A DNA stretch of 64,000 nucleotides from Nitrosopumilus sp. (GTDB taxonomy: Archaea; Thermoproteota; Nitrososphaeria; Nitrososphaerales; Nitrosopumilaceae), in assembly GCA_965218695.1 (NCBI GenBank), contig OZ244651.1, positions 736,001 through 800,000 of the forward strand. Reading direction: 5' to 3'. Shown here piece after piece: positions 52,610 to 63,421 of this stretch. The position numbers were made by a program, and so were the translations under genes. The stretch's first letter is position 1. Every line of letters begins with the position of its first letter. The notes beneath the pieces were generated by a model. It saw only the letters and a list, made by a program, of their open reading frames with translations, ran no database searches and was not told the DNA's origin.

Positions 52610-53822
52610 GGGTGTGTCCTAGTAATAAAAAATGCCATCCCATGTACCAGAATGCCAAAGACACGATTGGTGCCAGAACCCGTCGACGCCAACAGTGCCG
52701 CACCATCGATCCTCCACAACCCATAAAATCCCCCAAATCCAAGACACTGTGCGGAGGCTCCGCTAGGAGGCGCGTGTCAAGACGCGCCGGTTACGCTGCA
52801 AGTGTCGCGATTTGATCCTGTGTGAGCCTGCCGTCTTTTGCCTGCAATCTGGCCACGAGCTCGATGTTGTAGCACATGACACGGATCGCAGTCTCCCTTG
52901 TCCGGTTCTCGTGTTTTCGGCACCTGGTGCTGTCCCCGTACATCTTCTTGAGGGCGGCAAAGACTGCCTCGATGATGCTGCGCTGGTGGTATTCCGAGTC
53001 AAACCTGTCCTTGTCATCCATGTACAGGCTTACCATCTCGCGCCACGACTGGCTTCCCCTGGCGTTGCGTATGGTGTTGGATTTTGGCTTGATGCGGGGT
53101 ACCATTCCCATCGCAGATATCATGTTGCACATTAGCCTTGCCAGATATGCAGAATCCAGGCAAAAGTCGCCGGTGCCCCGGCCTAACCTGCCGAGCATCG
53201 CGTACAGCCCGTTTATGTCTGCCACTGCGCTGTCAGTTGCCATGCAGTCGATTATCACCCTGGTGCGTATGTCCACGATTGCGTGCAGCTTGACCCATCC
53301 CTTTCTGGTACGAAAACTGTCGGTCCTGACGTCAAACCACCTGACAAACCGCAGGTACGAGTACCCGGTACCGTCTGCTGCCAGGGAGCCTGCCTCCACC
53401 TCCCTGATGGCAATCCGGTGTGCCTCTGCCAGGTACCATTCCGGGATCAGGCCGTAGGCGCGTGCTATCGTGCTCTTGGAGGGAATTTTCTCTAGGCCCA
53501 TCTTGGCTGCCATGGCGCTATTGTTTCGGAGGATGCCGACCATCTTACGGTAGGTCGTGCGCTGTGCCTCAAGCATGATGCAGACAGCTGCCATGGCGCC
53601 AGGCGGGTATGCCGTCATGCCGCCCAGGCCGGGCCTGACGGCGTACGGATCCCCAAGATTCTTGATTATTCCCAGCACGGTATTCAGCATGAGGCCCGAC
53701 AGGTACTGCTGAACCAAATCGTACTGTCGTTGGTCGCGTTTCTTTGTAGTCATTAGGCGATGCCGTGATCCGCCGATCCATATCTTTTGTCATCCGGGGG
53801 TATATGCCTCTAGGACACACCC
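52610..53822 (-). mobile_element. IS5-like insertion sequence, copy 2 (near identical to 14617-15829)
   Basis: Same IRs and 1213-bp length; 9-bp TSD GCAGGTAAG. Confidence 0.95.
52791..53753 (-). CDS. IS5-like DDE transposase
   Basis: 320 aa; differs from copy 1 at only about 3 residues. Confidence 0.92.
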   Translation of the reverse strand: MTTKKRDQRQYDLVQQYLSGLMLNTVLGIIKNLGDPYAVRPGLGGMTAYPPGAMAAVCIMLEAQRTTYRKMVGILRNNSAMAAKMGLEKIPSKSTIARAYGLIPEWYLAEAHRIAIREVEAGSLAADGTGYSYLRFVRWFDVRTDSFRTRKGWVKLHAIVDIRTRVIIDCMATDSAVADINGLYAMLGRLGRGTGDFCLDSAYLARLMCNMISAMGMVPRIKPKSNTIRNARGSQSWREMVSLYMDDKDRFDSEYHQRSIIEAVFAALKKMYGDSTRCRKHENRTRETAIRVMCYNIELVARLQAKDGRLTQDQIATLAA

Positions 53823-55549
53823 GCAGGTAAGGGCAGACACGGGCGATGCCCCAGATACGGGCAAAAAGCCCGGACACCGGCCGGGTCAGCCGGGAGTCTC
53901 CCACGGCCGCAGGCCGGCTGACATCAGGATGTGCAGTGCGCCCATGTGCAAAAACTGCGGCGGCACCTACATGCTGCCCGAGGATGCCTTTTGGAAGACG
54001 GTGATAGATGTCACCGAATCCGGCAAGCCAGTCTGTTATGCCGAGATGATCGCGCCCGGGTACTGCCTCACGTGCCAGGCAGTCACGTATCCTGACGCGG
54101 ACTCGATTCCCGGAACGTGGTTTGGCCCCAACCTGAGAAAGAAGATTGCCAACATGCACAGGGTATCGGTTTCGCTCAGAAGCATGCAGTACCTGCTGGC
54201 ATCAAACCACGGCATCAGGGCATCACTGGGGTGCATATCCCACGCCCTAGAGGCAATAGCAACGCGCGGCAGCCTCGGAGACGCCCCGAGGCTGCCGGAG
54301 CCAAAGGAGGACATGCCGTCTCCCTTGTTCGGGGCGCCGTTCCCCACGCCTGCGCGCCCCGAACCCGACGCCGGCGGCCATACCGCATGGAACGGCCTGA
54401 TGAGGCGGCCGCTCATCACGCAGATAACAGAAAAGATGAGCATGGCGCCAAGCGTGTCCGAAGACGAGTCCGGCGAAAAGGTCGCAGGAAAGAACGTGCA
54501 GGCCATACTACTGATCTCAAAATACTGCGTGCTGGTATGCATCAGGCCTGACAAGACCAAGGAGACCATGAGGGACGTGCTTTGGATGGTGCTGAACAGG
54601 CCGTTCGTGGCAGACATGTACCGTGCCGGCAACGCCCTTGAGGGGGACTTTCAGACGTGCTTTGTCCACGTGGTTCGCAAGTGCGAGGGCCTGGCCATAC
54701 GCCACGGAGTCAATTCCTTCGAGTATGCGTGGTACGTGACGCTGCTCAAGATATATCGGGACGCCAAGACCGCCGCAAGGAATGCACTCGAGATGGCCGG
54801 CAGGGCAGAAGAGTCGGCCTGCGACGCAGGCCGACTCGTCAAAAACACCCCGGGACTGGAAGAATACGTCAAATCAAGCCAGGATTCCCTGCAAAAACGC
54901 ATCCTGACGCTCGTCGATGCCTGCCGCAACGGATGCGTCTCAGACGAGAAGAGCCGCGATTTTGCAGGCTCGCTTGAACGCGCCGCGCCATACCTTACAG
55001 AGTTTATCAGGCATCCTGGAATGGACGGCAACAACAACGCGTGCGAGAGGGCCGTACGAACGCACATCGTAAGGCCGCGCGACATACACCACGCGTTTCC
55101 CAACTGGAAGGCAGCCGACACTTTTGCCAAACTCCAGACGATTCACGCCACGGCAGAAAAGCTTGGAATGTTCTCGGGGGACGCGGTGACTGCCGATGCC
55201 TCGCAGGACATGTTCGGGTCCGGAATACCGCCCCCGATATTTCCGAATCTCAAATAACCGTGCCACGACATCCCGCAGATCCGGATCGTTGCCGCACCAT
55301 TTGGCTTAGGCAGGATGCATCGCAGATCATGCCGCAAAAAGCCTCAGGCCTGCCTGCAGGATGGCATTGCCATACATTTTCACACCGACGTGTCTTCTGG
55401 TGGATGATTCCATGATGGAGTCAATCACATGCCCATGTATGACATCCCGACTAGCGTGGAATTGGCAAGGGGGGAGGTGAACGCGTACGAGAGGGGGCGT
55501 TGTCCACATTACCAAAACATAAATTAAACTTTCAAGGAGTCACACCCAT

Positions 55550-56287
55550 ATGCTTCCCGCACAGCAAGGTTATGACAGAGCCATTACGGTATTTTCCCCC
55601 GACGGAAGGCTCTACCAGGTAGAGTATGCAATAGAGACTGTGCGGAGGGGAGCCATCGCAATCGGCATAAAATGCAGCGAGGGGATAGTCATTGCAGTCG
55701 AGGAGAGGCCGCGAAAGCTCCAGATATCCAAGATAGCCCAGAAGATATTCCAGATTGATGATCATGTAGGCGTGGCAGCTGCCGGATACATTCCGGATGC
55801 GCGCAGCCAGGTGGACAATGCGCGGTTCTTCTCGCAGAGCAACAAGATGATCTATGACGAGCCAGTCGAGGTGGAGACCATAGTCAAGCACCTGGCAGAC
55901 CAGTCACAGCAGTACACCCAGTATGCCGGAGTGCGTCCGTTTGGGGTGGCACTGATTCTTGGCGGGGTGGTGGCAGGCAAGCCGCAGCTATTCCTGACTG
56001 ATCCCAGCGGGACATACATATCGTACAATGCAATTGCCATAGGATCAGGCTCTGACAGGGTGACTGACTTTTTGGAAGGTGCCTACGGCGAGGATCTGAC
56101 CCTAGAGTCTGCATCCGTCCTGGCAGCTGCTGGAATATACCTCTCAAGCGAGGACCGCGAGGGGACAGACCACATCAGGATGGCGCACGTCAGCACCAAG
56201 ACCGGCCTGTACGAGCTCGTCGCTGACGAAGAGATTGCCAAATACGCGCAGCAGGCCAAGGAAAAGTATCCGCATGATCAGAACTGA
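55550..56287 (+). CDS. psmA: Proteasome subunit alpha
   Basis: GYDRAITVFSPDGRLYQVEYA. Confidence 0.98.
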   Translation: MLPAQQGYDRAITVFSPDGRLYQVEYAIETVRRGAIAIGIKCSEGIVIAVEERPRKLQISKIAQKIFQIDDHVGVAAAGYIPDARSQVDNARFFSQSNKMIYDEPVEVETIVKHLADQSQQYTQYAGVRPFGVALILGGVVAGKPQLFLTDPSGTYISYNAIAIGSGSDRVTDFLEGAYGEDLTLESASVLAAAGIYLSSEDREGTDHIRMAHVSTKTGLYELVADEEIAKYAQQAKEKYPHDQN

Positions 56288-56308
56288 CTGCGGAGATGTC
56301 CATAGACA

Positions 56309-57127
56309 TTGAACCTGTCTGTCGCAATTCCCGAATCGGCGCTGTCTGACGAGTCCCTCAAGATAGACAAGACGCGGAAGGCATCACTGATTGCAAGGGC
56401 GTGCGCCATATTCCGTGTCCGCACCATATACGTGTACAGGGACGGGGCAGACGGCGACGGGGCCCTTCTTTCCACCATACTCCGGTACCTTGAGACGCCG
56501 CAGTTTCTCCGAAGGAGGATGTTTCCCATGGTAAACGACCTGAAATTTGCCGGAGTGCTCCAGCCGCTGAAGATACCAAGCCACGTCACCCCGGCAGACC
56601 CCAAAAAGATCCAGACGGGCGATATCAGGGAGGGAATAACGGTGTCTGCAAAGGGCAGGAGCTTTGTGGATGTGGGTATTAACCGCCTGATACCGCTGCC
56701 GGGAAAGATGCCCACGGGCAAAAGGATGACTGTCAAGTTCAAGGAGGGATATCCGGGCCTGGTCGCAAAGGGGATTGGCAGGGACGAGACGGGCCAGTAC
56801 TGGGGGTATTCCGTGCACAGGAGGGCCGGCCTGTACCAGCTGCTTGCAGAGTGGAAGGGCAGCATCATAATAACATCAAGGAAGGGCAAGACGGCTGCTG
56901 CAGGCTCAGGCATTCTGGCAGGAGGAGGAGGGGAGGCGCCTGTCCTGGTAGTCTTTGGATCCCCCGCGAGGGGGGTGCACGAGATCCTTGGAGGCAGCAT
57001 GAAGAGGGTGCAGAATGCGCGGGTGCTTGACTTTTTTCCCGGCCAGGCGACCCAGACGGTACGGCTTGAGGAGGCGATGCTCGGGGTGCTTGCGATACTG
57101 AACATGCAGGGGAACGGCAATGCCTGA
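56309..57127 (+). CDS. SPOUT RNA methyltransferase (DUF171)
   Basis: IARACAIFRV, YLETPQFLR, PGQATQTVRLEEA. Confidence 0.9.
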   Translation: MNLSVAIPESALSDESLKIDKTRKASLIARACAIFRVRTIYVYRDGADGDGALLSTILRYLETPQFLRRRMFPMVNDLKFAGVLQPLKIPSHVTPADPKKIQTGDIREGITVSAKGRSFVDVGINRLIPLPGKMPTGKRMTVKFKEGYPGLVAKGIGRDETGQYWGYSVHRRAGLYQLLAEWKGSIIITSRKGKTAAAGSGILAGGGGEAPVLVVFGSPARGVHEILGGSMKRVQNARVLDFFPGQATQTVRLEEAMLGVLAILNMQGNGNA

Positions 57128-57236
57128 GCAGAAGACATTTCTGCTCCTGGCACTGGGGATGGGGGCTGCAGGCATCATTATTGGCGCAATTACCATCATG
57201 GATATCATTGCAGGAATCAACACAACAGCCCCGTGA
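57120..57236 (+). CDS. 38-aa single-TM protein
   Basis: MPEQKTFLLLALGMGAAGIIIGAITIMDII; overlaps the upstream stop codon. Confidence 0.4.
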   Translation: MPEQKTFLLLALGMGAAGIIIGAITIMDIIAGINTTAP

Positions 57237-57361
57237 ACAAAAACTAGATCATCCCAAGACGTGCCTGCGTAATCCGGGACTGCGGCAGCAACTCTTGTTC
57301 GGATCGGATTTGTGTAACGGCCTTGATTATCCCGCAGATGGAATGTGAACGGATACTGCTA

Positions 57362-58264
57362 TTATCCTGCAGCATCAAGCAGCGACTCGAACACCGAGTA
57401 CGGCTGCGGCCCTGCCACCCTCTCCTCCTGTCCGTCAGACGAGATTATCAGGAATGAAGGGGTGGCGCTCACGCCATATGCCTGTGCATCTGCAGTATTG
57501 GTGTTCACCCGCTCCTGGTACTTGCCAGAGTCCAGGCACTCGCCAAAGAGTTCAGTGTCAAGTCCCAAGTCGGATGCAAATCCATTGAGATTCTCCACCG
57601 AGGCCCAGCCACCATTATATCTAGCCTGGGACGTGTACAGCATGTCGTGGTACTGCCAGTACATCCCCTGGTCCTCAGCACAGTACGACGCCTGGGCGGC
57701 GCTGTTGGAGTCTTTCCCGATGAATGCAATGTCGACAAATACCAGGTTGGCCTTTCCTGTCTGGATATAGTTTTCAGATATTGAGGGCTTGGTGTTGGTG
57801 AACCAGCTCTTGCATTTGGGGCACTGGTAGTCACCAAACTCCACTATCGTTATTCCGGCATCGGGACTTCCCTGTACGGGTGATTCAGTCTCAGAAAATG
57901 CCTGAATGTGCACATTCTCCACGAGGGCGCTGCCGTCCTGCTGCGCTCCGCCATCCCTCAGATTGGCGTTCTCTGCCTTCAGGGCCGCGTTCTCCTGCTG
58001 CAGGTCCTCGACTGTCTGCTCCAGCTCTGCGATTCTGCTTGACTGGTCGGTCTGGATGATCCCCTCACCGACCAAAAACTCGATGGCAGTCAGTAGCTCT
58101 GCGTCGCCTACCTGTTCGTCTGTCCATAACTGGAATAATCCCTTTATCCAGTCTGGTATGCCGGCATCCTGGGAGTATGCCATGCCAGCTACGCCGCCAA
58201 GTGCCAGGATCCCCGCAAGTCCAAGGAGCAGTGCGCCCCTCTTAGTCCCGTACACATTCATCAC
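57362..58264 (-). CDS. DsbA-family thiol-disulfide oxidoreductase
   Basis: Signal peptide, IPDWIK domain, EFGDYQCPKC, GVSATPSF. Confidence 0.88.
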   Translation of the reverse strand: MMNVYGTKRGALLLGLAGILALGGVAGMAYSQDAGIPDWIKGLFQLWTDEQVGDAELLTAIEFLVGEGIIQTDQSSRIAELEQTVEDLQQENAALKAENANLRDGGAQQDGSALVENVHIQAFSETESPVQGSPDAGITIVEFGDYQCPKCKSWFTNTKPSISENYIQTGKANLVFVDIAFIGKDSNSAAQASYCAEDQGMYWQYHDMLYTSQARYNGGWASVENLNGFASDLGLDTELFGECLDSGKYQERVNTNTADAQAYGVSATPSFLIISSDGQEERVAGPQPYSVFESLLDAAG

Positions 58265-58503
58265 AGAGTAATTAGCATGCGTGTTTTTATGTTTGACTGA
58301 TTGGCCAGGCAGCCCAACTTGTCACTCGATGTGTTCTTGCAGTCCAGGGCATGCCAGTGGACAGAATTCTGCCAAATCCGTGGAAGAGCGTGGTCTTGCA
58401 GTATTTGATCGCACGGTATGACAGAGTATGTTAACCCTGAAAAATATTACAGTTAACGATGTTCCGCGATGGTTTAATAGTAGGGTGCCAAGTGCGTCAT
58501 GTC

Positions 58504-59496
58504 ATGGGTGCAAGAAAGAACCACCAGCCGCGCAGGGGAAGCCTTGCGTATTCGCCGCGCGGACGCGCAAAGAGCATGGAGGCCCGGATAAGGGCGTGGC
58601 CTGATGCAGGCTCGGACAAGCCGCAGATCCTTGCACACTGCGGATTCAAGGCCGGATGCGTGCAGGTGGTGAGTATTGATGATCGTGAAAAGACCCCCAA
58701 CGCCGGAAAGCAGCTTGTCAGTCTTGGAACGGTCCTGGTCACCCCTCCGGTGGCCATACTGGGAATAAGGGGGTACTCCAAGGGGCACGAGGGACGGCAC
58801 GCAGAGTTTGACGTGTTTGCCAAGGACATCCCCAAGGAGCTGGACAAGAGCATGGAGAGGCGCACTGCAGGAAGCGCCGCAGACGAGGCAGCAGCCAGGC
58901 TCGGGAGGATCCACGAGATATTTGCCATACTTGCAGTCTCCCCAAGGGCCGCAGGCATGGAGCAGAAGAAGCCGTACATATTTGAGGCGCTCGTCAGCGG
59001 CGGCACCATACAGGAGCAGTTTGACTACCTGCAGGAACTTTTAGGCAAGGAGATCAGGATTGACCAGGTATTTGAGACAGGCGCCAGCGTGGACGTTGCA
59101 GCCATTACCAAGGGCAAGGGATGGCAGGGCGTCATACAGCGGTGGGGGGCAAAGAAGAAGCAGCACAAGTCTCGCAAGACCGTAAGGGAGATCGGCTCGC
59201 TGGGGCCGATATCGCCGCAGAGCGTCATGTATACTGTGCCCAGGGCAGGCCAGATGGGATTCCACCAGAGGACCGAATATGACAAGAGGATAATGATTAT
59301 GGGAAACTCGGAGGAGGACGCCATACGAATCAATCCCGACGGGGGCTACAAGCACTTTGGCCTGGTAAGGGGCGACTTTGTCGTGCTAAAGGGGTCTGTC
59401 CCGGGGACGTACCGCAGGCTGATAAAGCTCAGGCGCCAGATCAGGAACGCGCCTGCCCGGGCAAGCAAGCCGCGCATTCTGGAGGTAGTGGTATGA
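58504..59496 (+). CDS. rpl3: 50S ribosomal protein L3
   Basis: PRRGSLAYSPR, TKGKGWQG, GQMGFHQRTE. Confidence 0.97.
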   Translation: MGARKNHQPRRGSLAYSPRGRAKSMEARIRAWPDAGSDKPQILAHCGFKAGCVQVVSIDDREKTPNAGKQLVSLGTVLVTPPVAILGIRGYSKGHEGRHAEFDVFAKDIPKELDKSMERRTAGSAADEAAARLGRIHEIFAILAVSPRAAGMEQKKPYIFEALVSGGTIQEQFDYLQELLGKEIRIDQVFETGASVDVAAITKGKGWQGVIQRWGAKKKQHKSRKTVREIGSLGPISPQSVMYTVPRAGQMGFHQRTEYDKRIMIMGNSEEDAIRINPDGGYKHFGLVRGDFVVLKGSVPGTYRRLIKLRRQIRNAPARASKPRILEVVV

Positions 59497-60305
59497 AGGG
59501 GATCGTATACAGGATTAACGGGGAGAAGGACAAGGAGATGGATCTTCCGCTTGTCTTTGAGACGCCGTTCAGGCGCGAACTCATACACAAGGCGTACGTG
59601 AACCTTGACTCGCACAGGTTCCAGCCCCAGGGGAGGCATCCCACTGCGGGAATGGACGTGGTGGCAGACACCAACAATCCGCCGACAGGGCGCGGCATCT
59701 CCCGCGTGGCAAGGGCCCGAGGGGGCGGAGGCGGAAGACAGGGCCAGGGCGCAGAGGTGGCATCCACCCGCGGAGGGCGGCAGGCACACCCGCCAATAGT
59801 GGAGAAGGTAATATACAAGAGGCTCAACAAAAAGGAGAACAGGCTGGCACTGTGCTCGGCAATCGCAGTTACTGCATCCAGGGACATGGTAGAGTCCCGC
59901 GGCCACAAGGTAGGCGGGGTAGTCTCGTTTCCGGTAATCGTGTCTGACAAGATAGAGGCAGTCTCCAAGGCCTCTGAGGCAGTCAAGGTACTCGAGGCGC
60001 TGAACCTGTATCCGGACGTACAGAGACTGGAGACGCGAAGGGCAAGATCCGGCAAGTCATCCCTGAGGGGAAGGGTCAAGAAGGTGGGAAGAAGCGTCCT
60101 GTTTGTGGCAGCAGACGCATCAAGCATCTCAAGGGCCGTAGGCGCCCTGCCGGGGGTGGAGGCAAGAAGCGTCGAGGGCCTGAGCGTGCTTGATCTGGCG
60201 CCGGGCTCTGATCCGGGACGGCTCGTAGTGTATTCTGAGTCTGCGATTAACCGCATTGGAAGGATACAGTCAACGCATCTTGAGGTAATGGTGAGGATGG
60301 CATGA
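59493..60305 (+). CDS. rpl4: 50S ribosomal protein L4
   Basis: TGRGISRV, RGGRQAHPP, LAPG..PGRL. Confidence 0.97.
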   Translation: MKGIVYRINGEKDKEMDLPLVFETPFRRELIHKAYVNLDSHRFQPQGRHPTAGMDVVADTNNPPTGRGISRVARARGGGGGRQGQGAEVASTRGGRQAHPPIVEKVIYKRLNKKENRLALCSAIAVTASRDMVESRGHKVGGVVSFPVIVSDKIEAVSKASEAVKVLEALNLYPDVQRLETRRARSGKSSLRGRVKKVGRSVLFVAADASSISRAVGALPGVEARSVEGLSVLDLAPGSDPGRLVVYSESAINRIGRIQSTHLEVMVRMA

Positions 60306-60568
60306 ACGTGGATCAGGCAGTCAGGACTATAATAAAACCGCACATCACAGAAAAGACCTTCGAGATGGTCCAGCGCGACGGCAAGATATGCTTTATCGTC
60401 GACAGGGCAGCAACCAAGCCGCAGATAGCAGAGGCCATAAACGTACTGTACAAGCAGAATGTGGTGGATGTAAACACTGCAAGGACCATATACGGAAAGA
60501 AGGCTTTTGTAAAGTTTGAAAATATTGAAAAGGCAACGCACCTTGCCACGGACATAGGAATGCTATAA
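60302..60568 (+). CDS. rpl23: 50S ribosomal protein L23
   Basis: PHITEK, VNT, KKAFVK. Confidence 0.96.
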   Translation: MNVDQAVRTIIKPHITEKTFEMVQRDGKICFIVDRAATKPQIAEAINVLYKQNVVDVNTARTIYGKKAFVKFENIEKATHLATDIGML

Positions 60569-60606
60569 TATGGAACGCAAAGATCGTAGGGTTGGAGGCA
60601 TTTGAG

Positions 60607-61002
60607 ATGGTAAAGGAGTTCTTGTACAGGGGCATTCCCAGGGAGGAACTGGAAAAGGTCCCACTGGACAGGCTCTTCCAGCTGTTCAATGCCAGGCAGA
60701 GAAGATCCCTTACCAGGGGCATTACAGACGGCAAGCGAAAGCTGATAGGCGAGATAAAGGCTGCAAAGGCAGGCACCCTAAAGGGCCCAATCAAGACACA
60801 CCTGCGGGATCTCATAGTATTGCCAAGCATGGTGGATGTTACAGTAAACGTATTTTCAGGAAAGGAGTTTGTCCCGGTACTGATAAAAACCGAGATGATA
60901 GGACACTATCTCGGGGAGTACGTGATAACCAACAAGAAGGTATCCCATGGGGCCCCAGGTGTGGGTGCCTCAAGATCAAGCCTCTACGTCCCGTTGAAGT
61001 GA
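60607..61002 (+). CDS. rps19: 30S ribosomal protein S19
   Basis: IKTHLRD, MIGHYLGEY, HGAPGVGASRSS. Confidence 0.97.
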   Translation: MVKEFLYRGIPREELEKVPLDRLFQLFNARQRRSLTRGITDGKRKLIGEIKAAKAGTLKGPIKTHLRDLIVLPSMVDVTVNVFSGKEFVPVLIKTEMIGHYLGEYVITNKKVSHGAPGVGASRSSLYVPLK

Positions 61003-61007
61003 TTGTG

Positions 61008-61466
61008 ATGGGAAGGTTCGAGTATGCGTTTCAGGGTTACGATCCTACGAGGCATGTCCGCGCCTCCATAAGGGAGAGGCCCATATCGCACAAGCACGCC
61101 CGGGAGATTGCAGTGGCCCTGAAGGGAATGACTGTAGATTCTGCACGGGACTATCTGCATGACGTGCAGAACCACAAGAGGGCAGTCGCGTTCAGAAGAT
61201 TCAAGAACCAGGTGGGCCACAGGTCGGATCCAGGTATGATGTCCGGACGGTATCCTGAAAAGGCGGCAGGCGAGATCCTGTTGCTGCTTGACAATTTAGA
61301 GTCAAACGCCGAGTACAGGGGGATGGACCTTGACAGACTCAAGATAATAAACGCGACTGCCCACAAGGGCGTAACCGTAAAGAGATTCATACAAAGGGCC
61401 ATGGGACGGGCGACGCCAAAAAACAACGTAATGACCCACGTGGAACTGGTGGCACAGGAGGTGTAG
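61008..61466 (+). CDS. rpl22: 50S ribosomal protein L22
   Basis: [23 protein letters not shown]. Confidence 0.96.
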   Translation: MGRFEYAFQGYDPTRHVRASIRERPISHKHAREIAVALKGMTVDSARDYLHDVQNHKRAVAFRRFKNQVGHRSDPGMMSGRYPEKAAGEILLLLDNLESNAEYRGMDLDRLKIINATAHKGVTVKRFIQRAMGRATPKNNVMTHVELVAQEV

Positions 61467-61468
61467 GG

Positions 61469-62218
61469 ATGTCGGCGATCAAGAATGTGATACGGGACAA
61501 CTACAACATGATGCTGCTCAGGGGGTATCTCAGGGATGCAATCAAGGATGCAGGATTCTCACATGCAGAGATATCAAAGACCCCCATGGGGACCCGCGTC
61601 TCGCTGCATGTTACAAGGCCGGGAATAGTCATAGGCAGAAAGGGATCCGGAATCAGGGAACTCACAGAGAAGCTTGGAAAGGACTTTGGGCTGAAGAATC
61701 CGCAGATATCGGTAGTGGAGATTGAAAAGCCGGAACTCTCCCCTAGCGTGATGTGCAACAGGATGGCCTCGCACCTTGAGCGCGGAACAGCATTCAGGAG
61801 GGCCACCATGTGGACACTCAAGCAGATAATGGAGAGCGGCGCGATGGGCGTGCAGATAACCATATCCGGAAAGCTCCGCGGGGACCGCTCCGCATTTGAA
61901 AAGCACACCGCAGGCGTCCTGCCAAGGGCGGGACACCATGCAGAGGTCATAGTCGACGAGGACGTGGCACACGTAGGCACGGCGATGGGGCTTATCGGCA
62001 TCAGGATAAGGATAGCCAGAAAGGAGAAGATGATACCGGAGTTTGAGATGAGGCCGGACGGGAGCACAAAGCAGGTCATGGACAAGGACACCGGAAAGAT
62101 GCGTGATGAGACGGTAGCAGAAAAGAAGGCAAGGACCGAATCAGAGCAGATTGCACGGGAGGCAGAAAAGATGAAGGAGATCGAGACGCACGAGGACAAG
62201 GAGGCAGAGCTGAAGTGA
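61469..62218 (+). CDS. rps3: 30S ribosomal protein S3
   Basis: [12 protein letters not shown] motif, ISGKLRG. Confidence 0.97.
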   Translation: MSAIKNVIRDNYNMMLLRGYLRDAIKDAGFSHAEISKTPMGTRVSLHVTRPGIVIGRKGSGIRELTEKLGKDFGLKNPQISVVEIEKPELSPSVMCNRMASHLERGTAFRRATMWTLKQIMESGAMGVQITISGKLRGDRSAFEKHTAGVLPRAGHHAEVIVDEDVAHVGTAMGLIGIRIRIARKEKMIPEFEMRPDGSTKQVMDKDTGKMRDETVAEKKARTESEQIAREAEKMKEIETHEDKEAELK

Positions 62219-62415
62219 CCAGAATCAGCATGAAGACCGTACGGCAGCTAAACGAAAAGGATCTCAGATCCAAGATTCAGGAGGCCCGGGGGGAGCTTGC
62301 AAAGCTCAGGACAGAGTCTGCAAAGGGCACATTGAGAAAGAAGAGCGGGAAGATAAAGCCCTTGAGGAGGGACATCGCAAGGATGCTGACGCACAGGAAC
62401 GGGATGAAGCAGTGA
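62215..62415 (+). CDS. rpl29: 50S ribosomal protein L29
   Basis: [10 protein letters not shown]; operon position. Confidence 0.93.
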   Translation: MTRISMKTVRQLNEKDLRSKIQEARGELAKLRTESAKGTLRKKSGKIKPLRRDIARMLTHRNGMKQ

Positions 62416-62678
62416 TCACGCCTGACAATATAATGTCACACGAACTTATCGGCCTTGATGTGACGGTAACGGGGTCTGCAAACAGGCAACTCATAGGATT
62501 AAATGGAAGGGTAGTCTACGAAACAAAGTCAATGCTTGAGATAATGACCGGCAACCGGATCAAATCAATACCAAAGGGACTGTGTACCCTCGGGTTTGTT
62601 CTGGGCAACCGGCGAGTCTGTGTTGACGGTGCGCGAATCTCCAAGAGACCGTACGATAGGATAGGGGCCAAATCATGA
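62412..62678 (+). CDS. rnp1: Ribonuclease P protein component 1 (Rpp29)
   Basis: HELIGL, GRVVYETK, RPYDR. Confidence 0.92.
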   Translation: MITPDNIMSHELIGLDVTVTGSANRQLIGLNGRVVYETKSMLEIMTGNRIKSIPKGLCTLGFVLGNRRVCVDGARISKRPYDRIGAKS

Positions 62679-62998
62679 CGCGCAGTATAGGGATTAACGT
62701 GGAGGCGCCAAAGAGGGAGTGCAGCGATGTTCACTGTCCGTTCCATGGCAGTCTGGCAGTACGCGGCAAGCTGTTTGATGGAAAGGTGACAGGCGACAAG
62801 GCAAGGCAGACCATCACGCTGCAAAAAGATGCCCCGATATACTTTAGCAAGTTCAAGAGGTATGCACGCGGCAAGAGCACCATTCATGCGCACGTCCCAG
62901 GATGCATCGATGTGGAGTCAGGCGACCGCGTCCTTACCGCAGAGTGCAGGCCGATATCAAAGTCAGTATCATACGTGGTAGTGGAGGTAAGAAAGTAA
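62675..62998 (+). CDS. rps17: 30S ribosomal protein S17
   Basis: CPFHG, ECRPISK. Confidence 0.96.
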   Translation: MTRSIGINVEAPKRECSDVHCPFHGSLAVRGKLFDGKVTGDKARQTITLQKDAPIYFSKFKRYARGKSTIHAHVPGCIDVESGDRVLTAECRPISKSVSYVVVEVRK

Positions 62999-63420
62999 TG
63001 GCAAAGCAGGCAGGCAAGGGCGTAGAGGAGTTCAGGCCGTACGTTACCCGATCCATACCAATAGGCGCACGAATAGTGTGTGCAGACAACTCGGGGGCCA
63101 AGATTCTGGAGATCATCAACGTTCCAAGGCACAAGACCAGGGTGTCCAGGCTTCCGGCTGCGGCAGTCGGCGACTTTTGCAACGTGGTGGTAAAGAAGGG
63201 CCCTGCCGAGCTCAGAAAGCAGGTGTACGGGGCAGTCATAATCAGGCAAAAGTATGCCGTAAGAAGGCTTAATGGCGTAAGGGTATGTTTTGAGGATAAT
63301 GCGGCAGTACTGATTACCCCCGAGGGCGAGACCAAGGGGACTGACATCAAGGGACCGGTGGCTGCAGAGGCCTCCGAGAAATGGCCAAGGGTAGCCAACC
63401 TGGCATCAATGGTGGTATGA
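62998..63420 (+). CDS. rpl14: 50S ribosomal protein L14
   Basis: [21 protein letters not shown]. Confidence 0.97.
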   Translation: MAKQAGKGVEEFRPYVTRSIPIGARIVCADNSGAKILEIINVPRHKTRVSRLPAAAVGDFCNVVVKKGPAELRKQVYGAVIIRQKYAVRRLNGVRVCFEDNAAVLITPEGETKGTDIKGPVAAEASEKWPRVANLASMVV

Positions 63421-63421
63421 G

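Larger units (their letters stand above)
52317..55257 (+). pseudogene. IS66-like transposase split by the IS5-like insertion
   Basis: Rejoins in frame SDPQVR-ADTGD...KKPGHRPGQPG; SEDESG, FQTCFVH, NNNACERAVR. Confidence 0.85.
52075..55488 (+). mobile_element. IS66-like element interrupted by IS5-like copy 2
   Basis: IR GTACGCGTTCACCTCCCCCCT; 8-bp TSD GAGAGGGG (52067-52074, 55489-55496). Confidence 0.9.

Noticed and set aside
14617-53822. Inverted near-identical IS pair as a 39-kb composite transposon or inversion
   Set aside because: Each copy has its own matching 9-bp TSD, so they are independent insertions with no sign of rearrangement.
57240-58500. 5S rRNA or tRNA near the ribosomal protein operon
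   Set aside because: No 5S or tRNA consensus motifs in the intergenic segments.
60302-61002. rpl2 missing between rpl23 and rps19
   Set aside because: As far as I know this is the usual arrangement in Thaumarchaeota, so not novel.
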